In this document: positions 42,275 through 48,176 of the stretch, piece by piece | Layout of the letters: every line of letters starts with the position of its first letter | Position numbering within the stretch: position 1 is the stretch's first letter | DNA from: a bacterium | GTDB taxonomy: Bacteria; Patescibacteriota; Minisyncoccia; Phycocordibacterales; Phycocordibacteraceae | DNA length: 48,176 bases | Direction of reading: 5' to 3' | Assembly: GCA_900299275.1 (NCBI GenBank) | Contig: OMJE01000021.1 | Location: 1 to 48,176, forward strand | Notes under the pieces: model-generated | Seen by the model: the letters and a program-made list of their open reading frames with translations, nothing else | The model's database searches: none | Told to the model about the DNA's origin: nothing | Made by a program: the position numbers and the translations under genes

Positions 42275-42827
42275 GGTTTGGTTTGGTTTCTTTTTCGCGC
42301 TTTTGCTGGGCGGCAAGGTCTCGCTCTACAACAGCCGCAAAACCCTTCGGGCTTTTGGCTATCGGTTCAGCGAGCTTATAGGCATAGGGAATACGGATAA
42401 GAAACTTCTCAAGGCGCTCAGAGAGGAATTTTTCATCCATCCCCTTATAGCGGCCCTTTAAGAAGAGCTCAGCCCGTACGCGGTGGCCTTCAGCGAGCCA
42501 CTCGGCGGCCTTCTTGGCCTTGAGCATCATATCGTTGTCCCCGGTACCCACTTTTATCTGGATTTCCTTGGTTTCTGATACTTTTGCCTTGGCTTTTGCT
42601 GCCTTTTCCTTCTTGCTACGCTCGTACTCAAATTTACCATAATCCATGATCTTGGCAACCGGGGGGTTGGCCGCAGGCGATATTTCGATCAAATCGAGGC
42701 CGGCCTGCTTTGCGGCGCGGAGGGCCTCCTCGAGGGTGATGACACCGAGGTTTTCACCCTGTGCACCAATAACGCGCAGCTCGCGCGCGCGGATCTCGTT
42801 ATTGATGCTTATGCGTTCAGTAGCCAC
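42261..42827 (-). CDS. infC: Translation initiation factor IF-3 (start codon uncertain; GTG 42827 proposed)
   Basis: INNEIRARELRVIGAQGENLGVITLEEAL ... DLIEISP.ANPPVAKIMDYGKF.YE matches IF-3. The track ORF simply starts at the first TTG after the upstream stop. Confidence 0.9.
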   Translation of the reverse strand: MATERISINNEIRARELRVIGAQGENLGVITLEEALRAAKQAGLDLIEISPAANPPVAKIMDYGKFEYERSKKEKAAKAKAKVSETKEIQIKVGTGDNDMMLKAKKAAEWLAEGHRVRAELFLKGRYKGMDEKFLSERLEKFLIRIPYAYKLAEPIAKSPKGFAAVVERDLAAQQKREKETKPNHENK

Positions 42828-42872
42828 CGGAAATGTGCTGTAACTGTACCACAAAAACGGACAGAGGCGCAA

Positions 42873-43775
42873 CTAAAACTTGAGTTGGGTTGGGTCCTGA
42901 AGAATGATCTCCGCCTTGCCTTGGTATGAAGTAATTTTGCCGGACACGGTAACGCTGTGCCCGATAGCAGCTCCTAGGTTTGGAAAGCTGTGACTGTCGT
43001 CAGAAAAGATGACGCCCGAAAAGGGGCAGGATTTGTAGTTTGCGCAGAAGTCGAGATAGGTGACGCCCTTTTTCGAGACATAGGTAGAGATGAGGGTGCC
43101 TGTGACCCACGCGTATTCGCCGATGTGCTGTAAGGCCTCAGTGTAGGGAATGGGTCCAATAAAAACAGGCGCGGCCGCTTGTGCGGCCGCGTTGTTTTTA
43201 TAAGTCTCTAAGAGTTGCCGCAGGATCGTTTCATAGGCTTTGCGCACGGTTTCATCTGTGCCTATCTCGAGCAGTTCATCATTCACGGTCGTAGCCGATT
43301 TCGTCCAATTGTAGCTACCCATAGCATAGGCCGATTCGGTGACGATGGCCTTGATATGCATAATGCCCGTACCATCGGAGTGGCGTTCTGTGACTACAGG
43401 CACGCCGCCGTCCTGAAGAATTTTCATCACACCGGAGCTATAGGATTCGTGGCTTTGCCCGCTATCAACCAAGCCGCGCACATCGACGCCGCGCTTTTTT
43501 GCTGCTACGAGTGCCTCCGCGATTGAGGGGAGAGTAAACGTGTACACGGCAAAATAAATATGTGATTTTGCATTGTTGATGAGGGCGATGATTTCCTTGT
43601 CGTTCTGTTTTTGGGTAAGCGAGTACACGACGCGCACTGAATCAGCGGGCGGTGCGGTAACTGTGGCAGCGGGAATGTCTGGTGTTTGTGGAGAACTTGC
43701 AAGACCGATGCTATAGCCCACGAATCCTGCGGCAAGGGCGAGTACGAGTGCACCGACAATGCGTTTACGATCCAT
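42873..43775 (-). CDS. Membrane-anchored PLD-superfamily (single HKD, Nuc-like) nuclease with a C-terminal OB-fold-like domain
   Basis: The TM segment is IVGALVLALAAGFVGY. The HKD-type motif is GIMHIKAIVTESAYAMGSYNWTKSA (H-x-K-x4-E-x5-GS-x-N). The C-terminal ~90 aa (YAWVTGTLISTYVSKKGVTYLDF ... VTVSGKITSYQGKAEIIL) look like an OB barrel. The start was trimmed to MDRKR. Confidence 0.8.
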   Translation of the reverse strand: MDRKRIVGALVLALAAGFVGYSIGLASSPQTPDIPAATVTAPPADSVRVVYSLTQKQNDKEIIALINNAKSHIYFAVYTFTLPSIAEALVAAKKRGVDVRGLVDSGQSHESYSSGVMKILQDGGVPVVTERHSDGTGIMHIKAIVTESAYAMGSYNWTKSATTVNDELLEIGTDETVRKAYETILRQLLETYKNNAAAQAAAPVFIGPIPYTEALQHIGEYAWVTGTLISTYVSKKGVTYLDFCANYKSCPFSGVIFSDDSHSFPNLGAAIGHSVTVSGKITSYQGKAEIILQDPTQLKF

Positions 43776-44391
43776 GTGTTCGGGATTTATCCACGAGGAA
43801 TCCTTTCCGCAGCCGCTTATGTATGACGTTAATGTGGCTGGCAATCGCTATCACGGCAATAACAAATGCTGCAATGACCCAACGCTCTTGATGCAGCCAC
43901 TCAGCGGTCACGGAACCAAACCAATAGGAGAGTCCGAACAGTACGGTTGTCCATATGGAGGTCGCAAGGATGACGGTCGTCACAAAGGTGCTAAATGATT
44001 TGCCGATGAATCCGCTCGCGGCATACGTGGGAAGACGCGAGCCGGGAATGAAGCGTGCCGAGAATACGGTGAGCACGTAGCGTGTCTCAAGCCAGGCCCG
44101 CACTGGCGCCACATACTCATGATCAACATACGAAGCAAAACGCGGATGCTTGCTCGCATATCGGCCAATCGAAAAGAAAAATAGATCGCCGAGGATAACG
44201 CCCGTATAGAGCGAGAGAAGAGCCACTGGTATTGAGATGAGGCCATCAGACGCAAGTACGCCCGTCAAAATGATGGTGGGATCTTCTAAAATAAACGTGC
44301 CGATGACAATAACGAGAGATAGAATGACTGGGTGGCCGAGTGAGCCACCGATGGCGGTCGCGAGATAAGCATTGGGGCGCATAGGTACCAC
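43765..44391 (-). CDS. DedA-family (SNARE-associated) membrane protein
   Basis: FILEDPT ... G ... VFSARFIPGSRLPTYAASG is the DedA signature. The protein is polytopic. Confidence 0.85.
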   Translation of the reverse strand: MVPMRPNAYLATAIGGSLGHPVILSLVIVIGTFILEDPTIILTGVLASDGLISIPVALLSLYTGVILGDLFFFSIGRYASKHPRFASYVDHEYVAPVRAWLETRYVLTVFSARFIPGSRLPTYAASGFIGKSFSTFVTTVILATSIWTTVLFGLSYWFGSVTAEWLHQERWVIAAFVIAVIAIASHINVIHKRLRKGFLVDKSRTHGS

Positions 44392-44481
44392 CTATTCTAC
44401 CAAATTGTGTGCGTCTGTGGGCACGAGGCGCGGGCGATTTTTCTTGTTGCGCGACCCTTCTGGTGAGCGTATTGTATCTCT

Positions 44482-44931
44482 ATGCGCCGCGCCGCTCTTG
44501 GTATCATTCTTCTTCTCACGTTTTTCGGTATCGCCGATACCGCCTACCTTTCGCAAAGTGAGCACAATGGGGTGCCGCTCATATGTAATGTGCAAAGTCT
44601 GTCAGAGTGCAACAGTGTCGTGACGAGTCCATACTCGCGGCTCTTCGGATTACCGCTTGCTGACTTTGGTCTTATGTACTACATCGTGCTTTTTGTGCTC
44701 ATTGTAGTGGAGCTCTGGTTGCCCAATAGTGTGCTCCGTCGGCTTATTCAGCTTGCCGCACTCGTCGGTTTTGTTACCTCCGCGTATTCAGTGTATACGC
44801 AGCTTGCTGTGCTGCATGCCATTTGCATATATTGTATGGCCTCCGCGGGTACCACATTTATTATCTTTCCGTTTGCGCTCCTGCTCGAACCGCTGCGCAG
44901 AAAGCCCGCTTTTGTTGAACTAACAATATAA
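44482..44931 (+). CDS. VKOR-family (vitamin K epoxide reductase-like) thiol oxidoreductase
   Basis: It has 4 TM segments, a loop Cys pair (LICNVQSLSECNSV), SPYSRLFGLPLADFG, and the active-site CxxC in a TM helix (AICIYCM). Confidence 0.82.
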   Translation: MRRAALGIILLLTFFGIADTAYLSQSEHNGVPLICNVQSLSECNSVVTSPYSRLFGLPLADFGLMYYIVLFVLIVVELWLPNSVLRRLIQLAALVGFVTSAYSVYTQLAVLHAICIYCMASAGTTFIIFPFALLLEPLRRKPAFVELTI

Positions 44932-44934
44932 GGT

Positions 44935-46104
44935 ATGAAAAACACTCTTATCGCCGTGGCTGTCATCGCTCTTTTTTGCCCGGCACTAGCGAGTGCAGCC
45001 GATGCGCCAGCGTCTATTTCGCTCGCCCCCTCACTCATTGCAACAAGTTCGGCGCCCGGCAATGCGTATCTTTTCGGGCGATCGATTATCGTTACGGCAC
45101 CAACGATGGGGGATTTAAGTGCGCTCGGTTGGTCGGTGGTGAGCGCGGGTAAAACCTACGGAGACGTTTTCCTTATGGGCGGGTCAGTAAGCTCGCGTGC
45201 TCCTGCTTTGGGAGATCTACGTGCTGTTGGCGGTAGTGTTCGTGTAGAGCAAGATGTGGCGGGCGATTTAGTCGCCCTTGGATATCACGTCGACGCCCCT
45301 GCGCACGTGGGTGCAAGCTCGCTTATCGCCGGGCTCAATGTTTCGCTTACGGGAGGAGCTTCGGGGCCGGTCACTATCTATGGTAACAACGTCCTGCTCT
45401 CTGGGACTTTTACGGACACGGTGAATGTTGTCGCCACCGGCGTTGTCACGCTTGATACTAATACCGTCATGCGCGGGAAATTCACTTATGAGTCGCCTGA
45501 TATGGCGCGCATTCCGGAGACGGCGCGACTCACGGGTGGCGTCGAGCGACACAATTCATCATATCTACCTGACGTAGGCACCTCGCGCGCTCTCGCTTTT
45601 GCGAGCATCGTCATTTTTCTCCTCGTCCGCGTCGTGGGAGCCATCATTTTGGCGGGACTCCTCGCAGGGCTTTTCCCATCTCTTGCCGAACGCGTGGTGG
45701 AACGCGCAAGTAAACGGCCCGTGCGAACATTCTTTGTGACGGCTCTGCTCGGCTTTGCGATACTCGTCGCGACACCCATTTTGTGCGTCCTCTTAGCACT
45801 CACCTTTGTGGGACTTGGTCTCGCGGTGCTCATTGGTATTTTGTATTTGCTGCTTGTTGTGCTTGCCGTGCTCTATGCTGGCATCCTCGTAGGTACGCTC
45901 ATTTTGCGACGTATCTTTGATCGCGATGGGGTCCGCTGGCACGATGGTGTGGTCGGCATGCTTTTAGTCTCGCTCATTGCGCTCGTGCCTGGCATAGGGG
46001 CGCTCATCGCCGGAGTCCTTACCGCATTTACTGCGGGCACCCTTTTTGTGATTGCGTATCGCTTTGCCTTTCCGCACGACGAACTCGCAGAAGAGGTGTT
46101 ATAG
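44935..46104 (+). CDS. Hypothetical exported protein with ~20-aa beta-helix-like repeats (bactofilin-like pattern) and a C-terminal multi-TM region
   Basis: A signal peptide (ALASA-ADA) is followed by the repeats GDLSALGWSVV, GDLRAVGGSVRV and GDLVALGYHV. About 5 hydrophobic helices follow. Confidence 0.7.
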   Translation: MKNTLIAVAVIALFCPALASAADAPASISLAPSLIATSSAPGNAYLFGRSIIVTAPTMGDLSALGWSVVSAGKTYGDVFLMGGSVSSRAPALGDLRAVGGSVRVEQDVAGDLVALGYHVDAPAHVGASSLIAGLNVSLTGGASGPVTIYGNNVLLSGTFTDTVNVVATGVVTLDTNTVMRGKFTYESPDMARIPETARLTGGVERHNSSYLPDVGTSRALAFASIVIFLLVRVVGAIILAGLLAGLFPSLAERVVERASKRPVRTFFVTALLGFAILVATPILCVLLALTFVGLGLAVLIGILYLLLVVLAVLYAGILVGTLILRRIFDRDGVRWHDGVVGMLLVSLIALVPGIGALIAGVLTAFTAGTLFVIAYRFAFPHDELAEEVL

Positions 46105-46111
46105 TTTTGGT

Positions 46112-46585
46112 ATGAAAATGCCAAGCATTGGTGAGTCGGCTCCGAGCTTCTCACTACCGGATCAGGACGGCAAAATGCATACGTTAAAGGAGTATCAGGG
46201 TGAGTGGCTCCTTCTCTATTTTTATCCAAAAGATGACACGCCGGGCTGCACGATAGAAGCGTGTACCATTCGTGATCAGTTCCAAGATTTTAAAAAAATA
46301 GGCGCAAAGGTGATTGGCATTTCAACGGATTCGGTGCAAAGTCATAAAAAATTTGCAGATGCCTACGAGCTGCCGTTCACGCTCCTTGCGGATGAAAACA
46401 AGGAAGTGGTAGGGGAGTATGGCGTCTTTGGCGAGAAAAAGTTTATGGGCCGCACGTATATGGGTACGACGCGCGCAAGTTTTCTCATCGATCCGAAGGG
46501 AAAGGTTGCGAAGGTGTACGAGAAAGTAAAGCCAGCTACACACGCCGCCGAAGTGATTGCCGATCTAAAGACGCTCGCTCAATGA
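46112..46585 (+). CDS. bcp: Peroxiredoxin, Bcp/PrxQ type
   Basis: APSFSLPDQDGK.H.L.EY.G.WLLLYFYPKDDTPGCT.EAC matches Bcp. The start was trimmed to MKMPS, after the upstream stop. Confidence 0.92.
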   Translation: MKMPSIGESAPSFSLPDQDGKMHTLKEYQGEWLLLYFYPKDDTPGCTIEACTIRDQFQDFKKIGAKVIGISTDSVQSHKKFADAYELPFTLLADENKEVVGEYGVFGEKKFMGRTYMGTTRASFLIDPKGKVAKVYEKVKPATHAAEVIADLKTLAQ

Positions 46586-47244
46586 AAAATCTCGACGAAC
46601 GCAAAGCACGGGTAAAGAAAATCGTTGCGTATCTCAAGAAGGCGTATCCGGAAGTGAAGAGTGAGCTCCACCACAAAACGGCTTTTCAATTTGTGGTCGC
46701 CGTCGTCCTTTCGGCGCAGTGCACCGACAAGGCCGTGAATAAAGTCACGGCAACACTGTTCAAAAAATACAAAACGGCAAAAGATTTTGCAGCGGCGTCG
46801 CCCGCGCTATTTACGAAAGAAATTTCCGCCATTCCTTTTTATCGCAACAAAGCAAAGGCCATCATTGGAGCGGCAAAAATTGTTACTGAAAAATACAAAG
46901 GTAAGGTGCCCCAAACAGAAGCAGAGCTCGTGACGTTGCCTGGCGTGGGGTATAAGACGGCGCACGTGATCCTCGGCGAGCTCTACGATATCTGGGAGGG
47001 GATTCCGACGGACACCCACGTGAAGCGCTTTGCGAAGCGCTTTGATCTGACCGATCAAAATGATCTAAAAAAGATCTCAAAGGATCTCGAAGAACTCGTG
47101 CCAAAAAAGGATTGGAAATATGTAAACAACGGCCTCGTCCTCTACGGCCGCTACGTCTGCAATGCCCGCCCACACGACTGCGTGAAGCATCCACTCACAA
47201 AACTTTGGCCTGAAGCGGCCACAAGGTGGCCCAAAGCGAAATAA
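46582..47244 (+). CDS. nth: Endonuclease III (HhH-GPD glycosylase/lyase) with an incomplete Fe-S Cys motif
   Basis: SAQCTDK, LPGVGYKTAHV (HhH), the catalytic Lys context and DTHVKR. The C-terminus reads C-x6-C-x2-H-x5-W. Confidence 0.9.
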   Translation: MKNLDERKARVKKIVAYLKKAYPEVKSELHHKTAFQFVVAVVLSAQCTDKAVNKVTATLFKKYKTAKDFAAASPALFTKEISAIPFYRNKAKAIIGAAKIVTEKYKGKVPQTEAELVTLPGVGYKTAHVILGELYDIWEGIPTDTHVKRFAKRFDLTDQNDLKKISKDLEELVPKKDWKYVNNGLVLYGRYVCNARPHDCVKHPLTKLWPEAATRWPKAK

Positions 47245-47258
47245 GGTACGATGTGAGT

Positions 47259-47951
47259 ATGCCAGCCCTACGCAAAGTCGCCGTATTTGATATTGATGGG
47301 ACGATATTTCGCTCCTCTCTCCTGCTCGAACTCGTGGAGCGGCTTATTCAAAAAGGACACTTTCCAGAAAGCACCCGCGCCGCCTATGAGCGCGAGGAAC
47401 GCGAATGGCTCGACAGAAAGGGCGACTATGAGGCCTACATAAATAGGGTTGTCGCCGTGTTTGCGGAGCAGGCCAAGGGTCTTTCGTACGAAGAGGCGCA
47501 GTATATTGCGGGCGAGATCATCGAAGAGAAGAAAAACCGCGTGTATCGCTACACCCGCGATCTCATCAAAGAATTAAAGAGCCAAGGCTACTACCTGCTT
47601 GCGATATCGCATTCGCCCAAGCTCATCGTCGACGCCTTTGGCTACGAGATGGGCTTCGACAAAGTGTACGGCACCATTTATGAGATAGGGCCAAACGAAT
47701 GCTTCACGGGTGAGATTGAAGACAAGGAGCTCATATTTAATAAGAACGCTGTGCTCCAACGCGCGTTGCGGAAAGAAGGGCTTTCGCTTGAAGGTTCGGT
47801 TGGTGTGGGCGATACGGAAAGCGATATTCCGATGCTTGAGATGGTGGAGCGGCCCATTGCCTTTAACCCAAATGCAAAACTCTATCGGCATGCCAAGATG
47901 CGTCAGTGGGAAATAGTCGTGGAGCGTAAGGATGTCATTCATAGGATTTAA
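47259..47951 (+). CDS. HAD-superfamily hydrolase, subfamily IB (SerB-like)
   Basis: Motif I is [11 protein letters not shown], motif [10 protein letters not shown] and motif [14 protein letters not shown]. The start may alternatively be GTG 47253. Confidence 0.85.
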   Translation: MPALRKVAVFDIDGTIFRSSLLLELVERLIQKGHFPESTRAAYEREEREWLDRKGDYEAYINRVVAVFAEQAKGLSYEEAQYIAGEIIEEKKNRVYRYTRDLIKELKSQGYYLLAISHSPKLIVDAFGYEMGFDKVYGTIYEIGPNECFTGEIEDKELIFNKNAVLQRALRKEGLSLEGSVGVGDTESDIPMLEMVERPIAFNPNAKLYRHAKMRQWEIVVERKDVIHRI

Positions 47952-48176
47952 GAAAATTGTTTGGGCACACTATAAAAAACAAGGGAGACACGATCTTCCT
48001 TGGCGAAAAACCACAGACCCGTACAAGATTCTCGTGTCAGAGGTGATGCTGCAGCAGACGCAGGTCGAGCGCGTGATTCCGTTTTATAAAAACTTCTTAA
48101 AGCAATTTCCGACAGTGAAAGTGCTGGCGGCCGCGCCACTCTCCGAGGTGCTCGTCGCGTGGCAGGGGCTCGGCTA
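47941..48176 (+). CDS. mutY: A/G-specific adenine glycosylase MutY, N-terminal part only (runs off the right edge)
   Basis: My own translation reads [86 protein letters not shown] and SE.MLQQTQV are MutY N-terminal motifs. Confidence 0.88.
   Translation, partial: MGFKKIVWAHYKKQGRHDLPWRKTTDPYKILVSEVMLQQTQVERVIPFYKNFLKQFPTVKVLAAAPLSEVLVAWQGLG

Noticed and set aside
1-48176. CRISPR arrays, IS elements, rRNA genes, prophage genes
   Set aside because: I saw no regularly spaced direct repeats, no transposase-like or DDE/HUH motifs in any ORF, no rRNA-like conserved stretches, and no capsid, terminase or portal-like proteins.
1-48176. Alternative genetic code (UGA as a sense codon, as in some CPR lineages)
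   Set aside because: TGA terminates well-delimited conserved genes at the expected length (for example pcrA at 13161..13163). No conserved protein is interrupted by in-frame TGA, so code 11 applies.

Overview
The window is a gene-dense stretch of core chromosome. It most likely comes from a small-genome bacterium of the Candidate Phyla Radiation/Patescibacteria. I infer this from the missing L30 gene between rpsE and rplO, the many membrane-anchored or secreted orphan proteins (one carries a DSDNDGLPDWEE motif), the frequent start/stop overlaps, and the mostly Shine-Dalgarno-free starts. The genetic code is standard, since TGA is used as a stop.

Gene content from left to right:
- yraN (partial), convergent tRNA-Gly(GCC) and tRNA-Arg(UCG), cca, xth.
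- A small accessory-looking patch: an orphan 66-aa gene, a CPBP-like membrane protein, and two unannotated mini-ORFs. This is followed by xerC-like recombinase, rpsO and an NYN-domain protein.
- An orphan membrane protein, a DksA/TraR-like zinc finger, comM, a LysM-M23 peptidase, pcrA/uvrD, a membrane-fused spermidine-synthase-like protein and rsmA.
- A four-gene envelope cluster of unknown function (15.6-21.3 kb).
- The str operon (rpsL-rpsG-fusA-tuf), then rpsJ.
- An orphan 327-aa gene inserted between rpsJ and rplC.
- The rest of the S10/spc block (rplC ... rplO-secY-adk-map), then ndk.
- A beta-CASP MBL RNase, two small genes, rplT-rpmI-infC (minus strand), a membrane-anchored PLD-type nuclease, DedA, a VKOR-family protein, a repeat-rich membrane protein, and bcp-nth-HAD-mutY (partial).

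I saw no rRNA, CRISPR array, transposase or obvious prophage.

The most unusual points are:
- the orphan gene that breaks the rpsJ-rplC junction;
- the four-gene envelope cluster, which has a TrbJ/TrbL-like architecture and shares an identical 11-nt promoter-like element with that orphan gene;
- two overlapping hydrophobic mini-ORFs with strong ribosome-binding sites, in a genome that otherwise rarely uses them;
- a streptomycin-resistance-type S12 sequence;
- two unexplained structured intergenic regions.

All functional calls rest on motifs I read in the translations. No database search was possible.
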